Assembly: GCA_022826665.1 (NCBI GenBank)
Contig: JAJDUK010000043.1
Coordinates: 4,047-68,046 of the forward strand
DNA length: 64,000 nucleotides
Source: Alphaproteobacteria bacterium
GTDB taxonomy: Bacteria > Pseudomonadota > Alphaproteobacteria > UBA828
Direction: 5' to 3'
A model generated the notes under the pieces. That model was not told the DNA's origin and did not search any database. It was given only the letters and a program-made list of their open reading frames with translations. Positions 45,199 to 55,746 of the stretch are shown here, in pieces (the stretch's first letter is position 1; each line of letters opens with the position of its first letter). A program made the position numbers and the translations under genes.

Positions 45199-46346
45199 TG
45201 GGACACCTGCGTGAGACCGGCTTGATCGCGCCCGTCGTGGGCGCACCACTGATGGTGGCTGTGCTCGTGGGAGTGAGCGCCTGCGGCGAACTTCAGGCCA
45301 GCGTTGAAAAGCTGATGAAACAGGAGACCGCCCAAGTCGATCCGGTTCCGGCGGAGCCGCGTGCCGCTCCGGCACCGGAAGAGAGGATGCCGCCGCCTTT
45401 CGAGGCGGCAGAGCCCCAGCCGCCGCCGCGCGAGAAGCCGGCGCTGCTGCTGACGGTCGGCGCCGGCGACACGGTCAGCGAAATCGCCCACCGCTACGGT
45501 GTGGAGACGGTCGCGGTCATCAAGCTGAACGGCCTGACCTACCCCTACTGGCTGCGGACGGGGCAGCGGCTCGCGCTTCCTCGCGCGGCTCGTGCCGTCG
45601 CCCGTCGCGACGGGCCGCAGGTGGAGGCACCTCGCTATGTCAATGGAGAACCGGTCCTGACGGTCGCCGCGATCGAGGCCGAGCCCGCAGCGCCAGCCCG
45701 CGTGGAGCCCAGACAACCCGCTCGCACGGTGGTAGCGGCGCCCGCTCCGCGAATCGACGTGGAGCCCGTGGAGCCTGCGCCAGCGGTCCGGGCGGGGTCT
45801 GCGGCACCGGAGCCGCTGATCAAGGCGGAGACCGCGGCGCCGAAGCCCCCACCTTCCCCCAATCAGCGCGTGGCGCGAGCGGAGCCGGAAGTGACGCCGC
45901 CCCGCCCCACGCTGTACGCGCTGGCGCGGCAGTCCGGACCGGACCACGTGCCGCTTCCGCCCACCCGCAACACCTTCCTCTGGCCGCTCGAAGGCCGGGT
46001 GATCTCCGGCTTCGGCGCCAAGCCCGGCGGCAAGCACAATGACGGGATCAACATCGCCGTGCCTGTCGGCAGCGAGGTGCGCGCCTCGCAGAACGGCGTG
46101 GTGGCCTATGCCGGCAACGAGCTGAGGGGGTATGGAAACCTCGTGCTCATTCGGCACGACGGCGGCTGGATGACCGCCTACGCCCACAACGACTCCCTCC
46201 TGGTGGGGAAGGGCGACGTGGTGCGGCGCGGCCAGGTGATCTCGCGCTCGGGCCGGTCGGGCGGCGTCTCTCGTCCACAGGCCCATTTCGAAATCCGGCG
46301 CGACGGCGAGCCACAGGATCCGCTACGCCTGCTCTCCCGTAAGTAG
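45195..46346 (+). CDS. M23-family peptidoglycan DD-metalloendopeptidase lipoprotein (NlpD-like, LysM + M23)
   Basis: ATGATG start overlaps the surE stop. Lipoprotein signal (LVGVSAC). Pro/Ala-rich linker, LysM-like segment (DTVSEIAHRYGV), M23 motifs (HNDGINI, YAHN). Confidence 0.8.
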   Translation: MMGHLRETGLIAPVVGAPLMVAVLVGVSACGELQASVEKLMKQETAQVDPVPAEPRAAPAPEERMPPPFEAAEPQPPPREKPALLLTVGAGDTVSEIAHRYGVETVAVIKLNGLTYPYWLRTGQRLALPRAARAVARRDGPQVEAPRYVNGEPVLTVAAIEAEPAAPARVEPRQPARTVVAAPAPRIDVEPVEPAPAVRAGSAAPEPLIKAETAAPKPPPSPNQRVARAEPEVTPPRPTLYALARQSGPDHVPLPPTRNTFLWPLEGRVISGFGAKPGGKHNDGINIAVPVGSEVRASQNGVVAYAGNELRGYGNLVLIRHDGGWMTAYAHNDSLLVGKGDVVRRGQVISRSGRSGGVSRPQAHFEIRRDGEPQDPLRLLSRK

Positions 46347-46352
46347 AGGGTT

Positions 46353-47231
46353 CTACTTAGAGCACCTGTCTGCCGGTGCGAGCGCGACCCCGAGCCGCCC
46401 GGCAAGGTCCTGTACGAACTGCCAGGCCACGCGGCCCGAGCGGGCGCCGCGGGTCATGCTCCACTCGATGGCTTCCGCGTGCAGGGTCTCGCGGTCGACG
46501 GCGAGGCCGAAGTGGTCGGCATAGCCCTCGACCATGGCGAAGAAGGTAGCTTGGTCGCAGGGGTGAAAGCCGAGCCAGAGGCCGAAACGGTCCGAGAGCG
46601 AGACCGACTCCTCCACCGCTTCGCCGGGGTGGATCGCGGTCGAGCGCTCGTTGTCGATCATGTCGCGCGGCATCAGGTGGCGGCGGTTCGAGGTGGCGTA
46701 GAACAGCACGTTGTCGGGCCGCCCGCTGATCCCGCCTTCGAGCGCCGCCTTGAGCGACTTGTAAGTCGTGTCCTCGGATTCGAAGGAGAGGTCGTCGCAG
46801 AAGAGCAGGCACTGGTGCGCGCAGCCGCGCAGGCGCCCAAGCAGGATCGGGAGCGAGGCGATCTCCTCCCGGTGAATCTCGATCAGCTTGAGGTCGCTTG
46901 CGGCGTCCGCCGCCACCACGCCGTGCACCGCCTTGATGAGCGAGCTCTTGCCCATGCCGCGTGCGCCCCAGAGCAGCGCGTTGTTGGCCGGCAGGCCGCG
47001 GGCGAAGCGGCGCGTGTTGTCGAGCAGGATGTCGCGCACCCGGTCGATGCCCTTGAGCAGCGAAAGCTCCAGCCGGTTGATCCGGGGCACGGCCTCGAGG
47101 CGGGCGCCGTCCGCGTGCCAGACGAAGCCTTCCGCCGCATCGAGGCCCGCGTCCTCCTGACCGGCCGGCGAGAGACGCTCCAGCGCTTCCGCGACCCGCT
47201 TGAGCAGGGGCGCCAACTCAGAGTCCGACAT
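46353..47231 (-). CDS. DUF815-family ATP-binding protein (AAA-like)
   Basis: 292 aa. Walker A LLWGARGMGKSSL and Walker B LLFCDDL. Confidence 0.7.
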   Translation of the reverse strand: MSDSELAPLLKRVAEALERLSPAGQEDAGLDAAEGFVWHADGARLEAVPRINRLELSLLKGIDRVRDILLDNTRRFARGLPANNALLWGARGMGKSSLIKAVHGVVAADAASDLKLIEIHREEIASLPILLGRLRGCAHQCLLFCDDLSFESEDTTYKSLKAALEGGISGRPDNVLFYATSNRRHLMPRDMIDNERSTAIHPGEAVEESVSLSDRFGLWLGFHPCDQATFFAMVEGYADHFGLAVDRETLHAEAIEWSMTRGARSGRVAWQFVQDLAGRLGVALAPADRCSK

Positions 47232-47308
47232 GGGTATACCGGCTGGTTGAAAGGCGCGCGGACCCTAGCCCGCATGTCTCCCCAATGTCACGGCCTGCGT
47301 CACAACGG

Positions 47309-50251
47309 CTAAGACGAGGGACCGACGAAAGTACGGGTGATATCGACCGCCTCGGCGAGGCCGACGCGCTCCACCGCGACGCCGGGGGGGAAGGCGCCCT
47401 TGAGCCGGCTCGGCAGCGCGGGGTCGAGCAGGACGAAGACGCCGCGATCGTCCGCGCGCCGCACCAGCCGGCCGTAGGCCTGCCGGAGCCGGCCGCGCGT
47501 GAGCCGGTCGTCGTAGCGGCCGCCCCCAAAAACCCGGCGCCGCGCCTTGTGCAGGATGTCGGGGCGGGGCCACGGCACCCGGTCGAAGACGATGAGCCTG
47601 AGGCTCCGCCCCGGCACGTCGATGCCGTCCCGCATCGCGTCGGTGCCGAGCAGGCAGGCATCGGTCTCGCTGCGGAAGATGTCGACCAGCGTGGTCGGGT
47701 CGAGCGGGTCCACGTGCTGCGCCCATAGTTGCAAGCCCGCTTCGTCCAGCGCGCCCGCGATGCGCTCGTGCACCCCGCGCAGCCGCGCGATGGCGGTGAA
47801 GAGGCCGAGCGCGCCACCGCCGGCGGCCGTGAAGAGCGCGCGGTACGCCGCCGCGACCCGATCAGGCGCGCCGCGGCGCACGTCGGTGACGACGAGCACG
47901 CGGGTCTGCGCGCCGTAGTCGAAGGGGGAGGGGAGGGTCGCGCGGATCGCCGGCGCCTTGAGGTGGCGCCCCCCCGTCGTCGCCTCCGCCGCAGCCCAGT
48001 CGTGCTCCGGATCGCCGCTGCCGTCCCGCAGCGTCGCCGAGGTGATGAGCGCGCCGTGGGAGCGGCCCGTGACGAAGGCGGCGAAGGGAATCGTCGGGTC
48101 CACGTGGTGGCGGTGCATGCCGACATCGACGTCGCGCCCGTCGATGCGGGAGATCGCGAACCAGTCGACGAAGCCCGTGGGGTCGGCGGCGTCATCGTCG
48201 TCCTGCGACAGTTCCTCGTCGGCAACCGGGGCGGCCGTCATGTCCGCGAGCATGGCGCGCCACGAATCGAGCTGCTCGCCCACCCGCCGCTCGATGCCGC
48301 GCACCACGGCCTCGATGCGCTGGCGCTCGGCGGTCTCCAGACTCTCGGCCTCGGCATCGAGATGCGCCGCGAGTGCCACCGCGAGCCGCCCGAGGGGCCG
48401 GGCGATCCCGTCCAGCGCCGTCTCCAGCGCCGCCGCGGCGTCGGCGATGCCGGGAATGAGCGGCTGCACCGGCGCCTCGATGCTGTAGCCGCTGCGAGGC
48501 TCCGGCGCGCGCGCCATGACCTGGTCCCGCGCCAGCGCGAGGAAGCGTTCGCACGGCCCCTGCGCCGAGCCTGACGCGAGCCGCTGGTGCCACTCGTTGC
48601 CGGGGAGCGCGTGCGCGGCTTTCAAGGCGTCGTCCAGGGCCTCGCGCGCCGCCTCGCGGTCCGCAATCAAGTCCTCGATCCGGCTGCGCAGGCCGCGCGC
48701 GCGGCCGCCGTCGCCGCGGCCCCGCGATTCCGGCCCGAGCAGCCAGCGCCTCAGCTCCCGCGTCTCGCTGCCGGAGAGGTGGGCGGAGAAGGCGCTGTCC
48801 GCCGCGTCGAACAGGTGGTGCCCTTCGTCGAGCACGTAGCGGGTCGGCACGCTCCGCTCGTCGCCGGTGCCGAAGACCGCGCGTGCCGCCTGCACCATGA
48901 GCAGCGCGTGATTGGCGATCACCATGTCCGCCCGCCGCGCCTTGCGCTGGCTCTTTTCGATGAAGCAACGGCGGTAGTGGGTGCAGGCGCTGTGGATGCA
49001 CTCGCCGCGGCGATCCGCAAGGCCGAGGGTGCGGCCGTAGCCGAGCAGGTCCGCGAGCCAGGCCGGCAGATCGCCGCCGGTGATGTCGCCGTCCCGCGTC
49101 GCCGCCGCCCAGCGGGCCATGAGACCGAGCGCGATGCGGTCTCCGGTCATCAGCGCGCTGCGGCCGAGCGCCTCCTCCATGTTGAGCAGGCAGAGGTAGT
49201 TCTCGCGCCCCTTGCGCAGCACGACCTTCTCCGCCTTGACCTTGGTCTCCGGGTAGAGCCGGTCGAGCTCCTGGTCGATCTGGCGCTGGAGGTTGCGGGT
49301 GAAGGTGGAGAGCCAGACCGTGCCCTCGTTGCGCTCGGCCCAGAGGCTCGCCGGCGCGATGTAGCCGAGGGTCTTGCCCACTCCCGTGCCGGCCTCGGCC
49401 AGCACCACGTGGGGCTCCTCCTCTGCCTCGATGGGATCGAAGGCGGCGCAGGCGGCGGACGCGTAGTCCGCCTGCTCGGGCCGGGGCTCGGCGCCTTCGC
49501 CCAGCAGGTGTGCGAGACGCTGCCGCGCGGCTGCGGTCGGCACCGGGTCGTGGCCGGGTGCCGGCGGCGGTGCGCTCTCCTGCCACTCCTTGAGCCGGGT
49601 CCAGACCGCGAGCGCGCCGCCGTCGCCGGCACGGCCTGCGCCCGGCGCCGAGCGTCCGCCGACTGCCAGCGCCGCCACCACCGCATCGCCCCAGAGCCAG
49701 CCGGCGCGGGCCATGGTGCGCGCGACGGCAGGTGCGTCTTTCTCACCCGCGAGGCCCGGTGCCGAGAGCGCGGCGAGGAGGGTCTCGGCCGCCTTGAGCA
49801 GGGTCGATGCCTCGTCCTCGATGCTCGCGGGTAGCGTCAGATCGAGCGCCCGCGCGAGCCCCCGCACCGTCGGCACGGCCTGGCGTGCGGGATGCACGAA
49901 GGCGAAGAGCTCCAGCACGTCCAGCGCTGCCAGCGTGTGCAGGCCGAGCCGGCGCGCGGTCGCCTTGGCATGGCAGACGTAGGGCGGACGGCCGTCGGCG
50001 GCCAGCCGTTCCACTGCCTCGCCGTGGGTGAGCCGCGCGAGCGTGCCGTGCTCGTCCAGCCAGGCCGCGTGGCGCGGCGCCACCGCGAGCACGGGCGCGC
50101 GCGGCAGCAGCGGCGGCGCGTTCGGCGGTGTGGAAGGCTCGTGAGACTCGAGGGGCGCCGGCATCGGGCGAGAGTATAGCGGTTGACGCGCGGCGGCGGC
50201 CCGGCGCATGTTCCGCCGGCTTCCGGACCGGGACGATGAACGAAACCTCAC
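47309..50251 (-). CDS. DinG/Rad3-family ATP-dependent DNA helicase with a long N-terminal extension
   Basis: Walker [15 protein letters not shown] (DEAH-box variant), a Cys cluster (CLLN...CIHSAC..YRRC) and helicase-C_2 C-terminal region. True start is probably an internal Met (MPAPLESHE, about 50167) to avoid overlap with the divergent lysK. Confidence 0.8.
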   Translation of the reverse strand: MRFRSSSRSGSRRNMRRAAAARQPLYSRPMPAPLESHEPSTPPNAPPLLPRAPVLAVAPRHAAWLDEHGTLARLTHGEAVERLAADGRPPYVCHAKATARRLGLHTLAALDVLELFAFVHPARQAVPTVRGLARALDLTLPASIEDEASTLLKAAETLLAALSAPGLAGEKDAPAVARTMARAGWLWGDAVVAALAVGGRSAPGAGRAGDGGALAVWTRLKEWQESAPPPAPGHDPVPTAAARQRLAHLLGEGAEPRPEQADYASAACAAFDPIEAEEEPHVVLAEAGTGVGKTLGYIAPASLWAERNEGTVWLSTFTRNLQRQIDQELDRLYPETKVKAEKVVLRKGRENYLCLLNMEEALGRSALMTGDRIALGLMARWAAATRDGDITGGDLPAWLADLLGYGRTLGLADRRGECIHSACTHYRRCFIEKSQRKARRADMVIANHALLMVQAARAVFGTGDERSVPTRYVLDEGHHLFDAADSAFSAHLSGSETRELRRWLLGPESRGRGDGGRARGLRSRIEDLIADREAAREALDDALKAAHALPGNEWHQRLASGSAQGPCERFLALARDQVMARAPEPRSGYSIEAPVQPLIPGIADAAAALETALDGIARPLGRLAVALAAHLDAEAESLETAERQRIEAVVRGIERRVGEQLDSWRAMLADMTAAPVADEELSQDDDDAADPTGFVDWFAISRIDGRDVDVGMHRHHVDPTIPFAAFVTGRSHGALITSATLRDGSGDPEHDWAAAEATTGGRHLKAPAIRATLPSPFDYGAQTRVLVVTDVRRGAPDRVAAAYRALFTAAGGGALGLFTAIARLRGVHERIAGALDEAGLQLWAQHVDPLDPTTLVDIFRSETDACLLGTDAMRDGIDVPGRSLRLIVFDRVPWPRPDILHKARRRVFGGGRYDDRLTRGRLRQAYGRLVRRADDRGVFVLLDPALPSRLKGAFPPGVAVERVGLAEAVDITRTFVGPSS

Positions 50252-51831
50252 ACGACCTGCGGGCGCTGGCCCAGAACGCCAAGGCTTGGCCTTTCAAGGA
50301 GGCCGCGGCGCTCCTGAAGCGCATCGGCGGCACGACGCCGGCGAACGGCTATGCGCTGTTCGAGACCGGCTACGGCCCCTCGGGCTTGCCCCATATCGGC
50401 ACCTTCGCCGAGGTCGCGCGCACGACCATGGTGCGCCACGCCTTCGCGGCGCTGAGCGACATCCCGACGCGCCTCGTGGCCTTCTCCGATGACATGGACG
50501 CGCTGCGCAAGGTGCCCGACAACATCCCTGAGCGGGCGATGGTCGAACAGCACCTCGGCAAGCCGCTCACGCAGATCCCGGACCCCTTCGGCACGCACGA
50601 GAGTTTTGGGGCCCACAACAACGCGCGGCTGAGGGCCTTCCTCGACGACTTCGGCTTCGACTACAGCTTCAAGAGCTCGAGCGAGGCCTACCGGTCAGGC
50701 GAGTTCGACGACGCGCTCATGGACGTGCTGCGCCACTACGACGAGATCATGCGCATCATCCTGCCGACGCTGGGCGCGGAGCGGCAGGCGACCTACAGCC
50801 CCTTCCTGCCGCTTTGCCCCAAGACCGGCCGCGTGCTGCAGGTGCCCATCACGGCCCGCGACGAGGACGCGGGCACCGTGAGCTACGTGGACGAGGACGG
50901 CGAGACCATGACGGTCCCGGTCACGGGCGGTCATTGCAAGCTGCAGTGGAAGGCCGACTGGGCCATGCGCTGGCATGCGCTCGGCGTCGATTACGAGATG
51001 GCGGGCAAGGACCTGATCAGCTCGGTCGAGCTCTCGGGCAAGATCTGCCGCGCGCTCGGCTCCAGGCCGCCTGCCGGCTTCATCTACGAGCTCTTCCTCG
51101 ACGAGAACGGCGAGAAGATCTCGAAGTCGCGCGGCAACGGGCTCACCATCGAGGAGTGGCTCACCTACGGGCCGCGCGATTCGCTCTCGCTCTACATGTA
51201 CAACGCGCCGAGGCGGGCCAAGCGGCTCTACTTCGACGTGATCCCGCGCCACGTCGACGACCACCTGACGCATCTCGCGAAGTACCCGGAGCAGGAGGAG
51301 GCCGAGCGGCTCGAGAGCCCGGCCTGGCACATCCACGCGGGCCACCCGCCCGCGCCGGAGAGCGGATTGAGCTACGGCATCCTTCTCAACCTCGCGAGCG
51401 TCTGCAACACGGAGGACCCCGCCGTGCTCTGGGGCTTCATCGCCCGCTACGTGCCTGGCGCTTCGCCGGAGACCGCGCCCATCCTCGACGCGCTGGTGGG
51501 CCACGCCATCAGCTACTACCGAGATAGGGTGAAGCCGACGAAGGCGTATCGGCCTCCGCTACCGGAGGAGCGGGCGGCGCTCGACGACCTGCGTGCCGTG
51601 CTGGTCGCAATGCCGGCGGATACGAGCGCTGAGGACATCCAGACCGAGGTCTACGAGGTGGGCAAGCGCCACCCGTTCGAGTCCCTGCGGGACTGGTTCC
51701 GCGCGCTCTACGAGATCCTCCTGGGCCAGAGCCAGGGCCCGCGCATGGGCTCGTTCATCGCGCTCTACGGGCTCGCGGAGACGGTCGCGCTGATCGACCG
51801 GGCGCTGGCCGGCGAGGACCTGGCCGGGTAG
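50236..51831 (+). CDS. lysK: lysine--tRNA ligase, class I
   Basis: 531 aa from ATG 50236. Class I HIGH-type motif (LPHIGT) and KMSKS-type motif (KISKS); LysRS call from overall pattern. Confidence 0.85.
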   Translation: MNETSHDLRALAQNAKAWPFKEAAALLKRIGGTTPANGYALFETGYGPSGLPHIGTFAEVARTTMVRHAFAALSDIPTRLVAFSDDMDALRKVPDNIPERAMVEQHLGKPLTQIPDPFGTHESFGAHNNARLRAFLDDFGFDYSFKSSSEAYRSGEFDDALMDVLRHYDEIMRIILPTLGAERQATYSPFLPLCPKTGRVLQVPITARDEDAGTVSYVDEDGETMTVPVTGGHCKLQWKADWAMRWHALGVDYEMAGKDLISSVELSGKICRALGSRPPAGFIYELFLDENGEKISKSRGNGLTIEEWLTYGPRDSLSLYMYNAPRRAKRLYFDVIPRHVDDHLTHLAKYPEQEEAERLESPAWHIHAGHPPAPESGLSYGILLNLASVCNTEDPAVLWGFIARYVPGASPETAPILDALVGHAISYYRDRVKPTKAYRPPLPEERAALDDLRAVLVAMPADTSAEDIQTEVYEVGKRHPFESLRDWFRALYEILLGQSQGPRMGSFIALYGLAETVALIDRALAGEDLAG

Positions 51832-51840
51832 TAGCGGCAT

Positions 51841-52083
51841 CCCAAGCGTCCCTTCGACCTCGGCCTCCCTGTTGGGGCTAGGTGAGAATAGAGCCACTCC
51901 AACTCTTCTTCTTTCAAACGTCTAACCTGATTTAGGCTGCTCATTGCGGCAAATGAACCGGCATGATTTGCAAAATATAATCTGGATATAGATGCGGTAT
52001 GGTGCTATATTAATTGGCGGAGACTGACACTACGACACTCGTTGTATTACGTTAATGTAGGGTCTATTGCAAGATCATGGTAA
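51841..52083. promoter_or_regulatory. AT-rich intergenic region (island boundary / promoter region)
   Basis: Contains runs such as tgcaaaatataatctggatatagatgcggtatggtgctatattaattgg, in sharp compositional contrast to the flanks. Confidence 0.4.
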
Positions 52084-53358
52084 ATGCCCGGTATATCTAA
52101 ATTCACTCGCCCAGCGTTCGGAAAACGCATTGCTATACTGGCACCCAGCCTAGCTGGGCAAGGGGCCGAGAGGAAGGCACTGTATATTGGAGCCGGACTG
52201 CTTGAGCGAGGCCACGAAGTCGATCTTCTCCTCTATCGACTCGTCTGCCACTATCCTGAAGAAGTACCGGATGGGGTACGTATCTTCTATGCTTCAGGCC
52301 GAAACGACAGTAGAACGCGTTTGAATTTGGATCGAATCACTGCGATCCATCGGCCTTTCGTGTCCGATCCTCTTCCTTGGCGCATTCGCCTTCCACGTCT
52401 GGGAACGGCGAACCGTCTGTCGCGCAAGCAATTGCCGCTGCTCACGAGTACGAGACTACCTCGATGGGCCGTTTGCATCGCCGCATACATGGATCGAGAG
52501 AACCCGGACGCGCTTCTGGCCATGCACGTTCTCGCGACAACAGCAACAGCAATGGCAAGGCATCTCACTTCCCACAGGGCGAAAACGGTAGCCTCGCTGC
52601 ACGGACCGTTAACACGCCGACTTCTGCATCGAGCGCGCCGTTCGTATCCCTACGCGGATGAGGTTGTTGGAGTCTCTCATGGTATAACGGGCGAGTTTTC
52701 CAAAATCCCAAGCTTGTCAGATGATCGGGTTCACACTATTTACAATCCCATTGACATCGACTATATCAAACGCAAATCGAGAGAACGGATTAGCCATCGT
52801 TGGCTTGTTAGTTCTGACTGTCCAGTTATAGTGGCCATCGGTAAGTTGATTAAGAGGAAGGATTTTTCTACCCTTCTTCGTGCCTTCGCGCGTCTCCTGC
52901 CCAAGCGGAAAGCACGGTTGATCGTTCTCGGAGAAGGCCGTTTTCGGTCCAGCCTGCTTTCGTTGGCAAATAGACTTGGCGTGGCTGAACATGTTGACTT
53001 TCCGGGTTTCGCAGAAAATCCTTTCGCCTTTCTCGCAAGAGCCGATTTATTCGTTCTCTCATCCCGAAACGAAGGGCTTCCTACCGCTCTCATCGAAGCG
53101 ATGGTTTGTGGGTGCCCGGTCGTCAGCACGGACTGTGACTTTGGGCCCTCGGAAATTCTGGAAGACGGCCGCCATGGGCCTCTGGTACCCGTGGGAGAGC
53201 CGGAGGCACTTGCAGGCGCCATGCTCTCCGTTCTGGACAACCCGCCGCGGCGCGAGGCGCTGCAGACTCGAGCAGAATTCTTCAACGCCGCTCGGGCAGT
53301 AGACCGGTACGAAGAGCTGCTGTTGGGTGAGGAACGCTCGGTAGAACAGCGAGCGTGA
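52084..53358 (+). CDS. glycosyltransferase family 4 protein
   Basis: 424 aa. C-terminal GT4 EX7E-type region (SRNEGLPTALIEAMVCGCPVVSTD). GC visibly lower (about 52-55% by eye). Confidence 0.8.
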   Translation: MPGISKFTRPAFGKRIAILAPSLAGQGAERKALYIGAGLLERGHEVDLLLYRLVCHYPEEVPDGVRIFYASGRNDSRTRLNLDRITAIHRPFVSDPLPWRIRLPRLGTANRLSRKQLPLLTSTRLPRWAVCIAAYMDRENPDALLAMHVLATTATAMARHLTSHRAKTVASLHGPLTRRLLHRARRSYPYADEVVGVSHGITGEFSKIPSLSDDRVHTIYNPIDIDYIKRKSRERISHRWLVSSDCPVIVAIGKLIKRKDFSTLLRAFARLLPKRKARLIVLGEGRFRSSLLSLANRLGVAEHVDFPGFAENPFAFLARADLFVLSSRNEGLPTALIEAMVCGCPVVSTDCDFGPSEILEDGRHGPLVPVGEPEALAGAMLSVLDNPPRREALQTRAEFFNAARAVDRYEELLLGEERSVEQRA

Positions 53359-53440
53359 ACCTCGCGAGATGGGAGGCTTCCTCGTCCGTCATTGGGTCGA
53401 TCCGTTTGAGGGCTCTGAATTTAGCTCGTAAGTAAAGCGT

Positions 53441-54493
53441 ATGGTCCGTATCTCCGATATCCATGTTGTTGCGCCGCACTTCAAGCGTCGATACTCGGGC
53501 GTGACCAGCACGATCATTCAGTTAGTTCCCAAACAGGCAGAAATAGTCGGAATTGCCACGCTGGGGCCGGGCTTGCCCAACGGTCTTCCCAAGATCGCTT
53601 GGTGGCAGATGCCCTTGCTCCTCAAGCGACCGCGCCAGCGCCCCCTCCGCATTTGGCACGCCCGGCGAAATAACGAGATGCTGATTGGGTTATTCTTGAA
53701 AACCGCCTTTCGAGCACCGTTGACGCTCGTTTTCACCTCTGCCGCGCAGCGTTCGCACGGTTGGTTCAGCCGGTTTCTTATATCGCGAATGGACTCTGTT
53801 ATTGCAACCAGCGGTCCATCTGGACAAACCTTGACGGTACCCCACACCGTTGTCATGCATGGAGTGGATTGTGCGCGATTTCGCCCGCCCGTGGGCCCGG
53901 ACGATCAGTGGGAACGCAGCGGATTGCCAGGTCGGTACGCAATCGGGTGTTTTGGCCGTATCCGATATCTGAAAGGAACCGATCTATTCGTCGATGCGAT
54001 GGTGAATCTGTTGCCAGACTATCCGGACTGGACCGCTGTAGTGGCGGGAAGAGTGACCCGTCAGAACGGTGCGTTCTATGAAACATTACGACGTCGCATT
54101 GCGGGTGCAGACTTGGAGAGGCGGATCGTATTTCTAGGAGAAGTATCTGATGCAGATGTTTGGTATCGGCGGCTGAGTTTACATGTTTCACCTTCGCGAT
54201 ATGAGGGTTTCGGACTGACCCCGCTCGAGGCCATGGCCTCTCAAACCGCGGTCGTGGCGAGCGACGCCGGGTCGTATCCGGAAATGATCGTGGAGGGTGT
54301 AACGGGGGCTGTCGTACCAGCCGGGGACGGCGATGCACTCGTCGAGGCAATCAGACGCTATATGGCAGATCCTGAACTTGCGGCCGTGCATGGACGCAAC
54401 GGTCGCGAACATGTGTGTGAGAACTTTCCTGTCGAGAAGGAAATGAGCGGCATTAACGCCGTTTACGATCGGATTTGGCGAGAATGCAAATGA
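53441..54493 (+). CDS. lpcC: GT4 glycosyltransferase, LpcC-like lipopolysaccharide-core mannosyltransferase
   Basis: 350 aa. N-terminus (VVAPHFKRRYSGVTSTIIQLVP) matches the conserved LpcC/'glycosyltransferase group 1' head of the LpcC-like GT4 subfamily. C-terminal EGFGLTPLEAMA motif. Confidence 0.7.
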   Translation: MVRISDIHVVAPHFKRRYSGVTSTIIQLVPKQAEIVGIATLGPGLPNGLPKIAWWQMPLLLKRPRQRPLRIWHARRNNEMLIGLFLKTAFRAPLTLVFTSAAQRSHGWFSRFLISRMDSVIATSGPSGQTLTVPHTVVMHGVDCARFRPPVGPDDQWERSGLPGRYAIGCFGRIRYLKGTDLFVDAMVNLLPDYPDWTAVVAGRVTRQNGAFYETLRRRIAGADLERRIVFLGEVSDADVWYRRLSLHVSPSRYEGFGLTPLEAMASQTAVVASDAGSYPEMIVEGVTGAVVPAGDGDALVEAIRRYMADPELAAVHGRNGREHVCENFPVEKEMSGINAVYDRIWRECK

Positions 54494-54556
54494 TCTTCGT
54501 AAGGTGCCCCCGCCGGCCGTGGCTGGCCGTTTCCCGCATTTGTCGGAATTCCGCTC

Positions 54557-55636
54557 ATGGCAATCATCTGGCGAGGGGGTCGAGAGCCCGGCCTGGCGCG
54601 GCTTCCGCCACGGAGGATCGACGGCGTTCGTCGATCTCTCATCCTTAATTTGTCGCGGAGGAATGGCGTAACCGTCACGAGTGTGCCTGTCCCAACAAAC
54701 CCGTCGGTTAGAACCGTCTGGGCTTTGACTAACGGCGAAGCCGGCAAGGTGTCTCAGGCGGAGGGGTTGGCCGAAGCGCTCGGCTGGCCGTTCGAGAGCA
54801 TCGTCGTCCGGCTGCGCCGGCCCTGGTTGTGGTCGCCGGCACATCGGCAGCCACCGGGCCTCCTGCGCTTCGGGGTGGAGGGAAATCTTCCGCAGCTCTG
54901 GCCCGACCTGCTGATCAGCTGCGGCCGTCGTAGCGTCCCGGTTGCGGCCGCGGTGAGGCGCGCCGCCGGCGGGCGAACCTTCGCCGTGCACATCCAGAAC
55001 CCGCGAACGCCTCTCCCTTGTTTCGATCTGATCGTCCCGCTGGCGCATGACGGGCTCGCCGGACCCAACGTGGCGGCGTCGCGGGCCGCGCTGCACCGCA
55101 TAACGCCCGAGAAGCTCGCGGCCGCGGCCGAGGAATGGCGGGGCCAACTCGGCAATCTCGACGTCGCTGTGCTGCTCGGCGGCCGCTCGCGGTCGTATCG
55201 ATTCACGCGACAGACGCTCGATGAGCTGGCGCGTGGCCTCACCGACGTTGCCGGAGACATCGCGATCACGCCGTCGAGGCGGACGGAACCAGGCATTGTC
55301 GCGGCGCTCAAGGCCCGTCTGCCGGGTGCCTGGTTCTGGGACGGCGCCGGCCCCAACCCCTATCTCGGCATGTTGGCGCTGGCCCGCCACATCGTGGTCA
55401 CGGAGGACTCGGTCTCCATGGTCAGCGAGGCCATATCGACGGGGAAGCCCGTCTACGTTGCAGGCATGGCGGGCGGCAGCCGCCGGCTCGCGCGCTTCCA
55501 CGCCTCGCTCAGGGAAGACGGCATCGTCCGGCCCTTTGACGGCCGGCTCGCTCAATGGCGCTACGAGCCGATCAACGAGACTCCGCGCATCGCTGCCGAA
55601 GTGCGCAGGCGGATGGGAGCCGAACCGGACCCCTAG
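54557..55636 (+). CDS. ELM1/DUF1022-family protein (mitochondrial-fission-ELM1-like, predicted glycosyltransferase-fold)
   Basis: The VWALTNGEAGKVSQAEGLAEALG head is typical of the ELM1 bacterial family. The Arg-rich first approximately 40 aa and a local GC dip suggest the real start is the in-frame GTG at about 54683. Confidence 0.6.
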   Translation: MAIIWRGGREPGLARLPPRRIDGVRRSLILNLSRRNGVTVTSVPVPTNPSVRTVWALTNGEAGKVSQAEGLAEALGWPFESIVVRLRRPWLWSPAHRQPPGLLRFGVEGNLPQLWPDLLISCGRRSVPVAAAVRRAAGGRTFAVHIQNPRTPLPCFDLIVPLAHDGLAGPNVAASRAALHRITPEKLAAAAEEWRGQLGNLDVAVLLGGRSRSYRFTRQTLDELARGLTDVAGDIAITPSRRTEPGIVAALKARLPGAWFWDGAGPNPYLGMLALARHIVVTEDSVSMVSEAISTGKPVYVAGMAGGSRRLARFHASLREDGIVRPFDGRLAQWRYEPINETPRIAAEVRRRMGAEPDP

Positions 55637-55701
55637 CCCCTCCACTAGGGTATGCCTCTCTCGCAGGGGTCGGGAAGGTCTGCTACTGTCCCGCCAACCC
55701 T

Positions 55702-55721
55702 TGTGTACGGCTGTGTACGGC
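55702..55721. repeat. perfect tandem direct repeat (TGTGTACGGC x2) in the promoter/5' region of the ABC operon
   Basis: tgtgtacggctgtgtacggc read directly, 25 nt upstream of the SBP start codon. Confidence 0.9.
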
Positions 55722-55746
55722 GATTTCCGGGAGAGGAGACCAGTCA

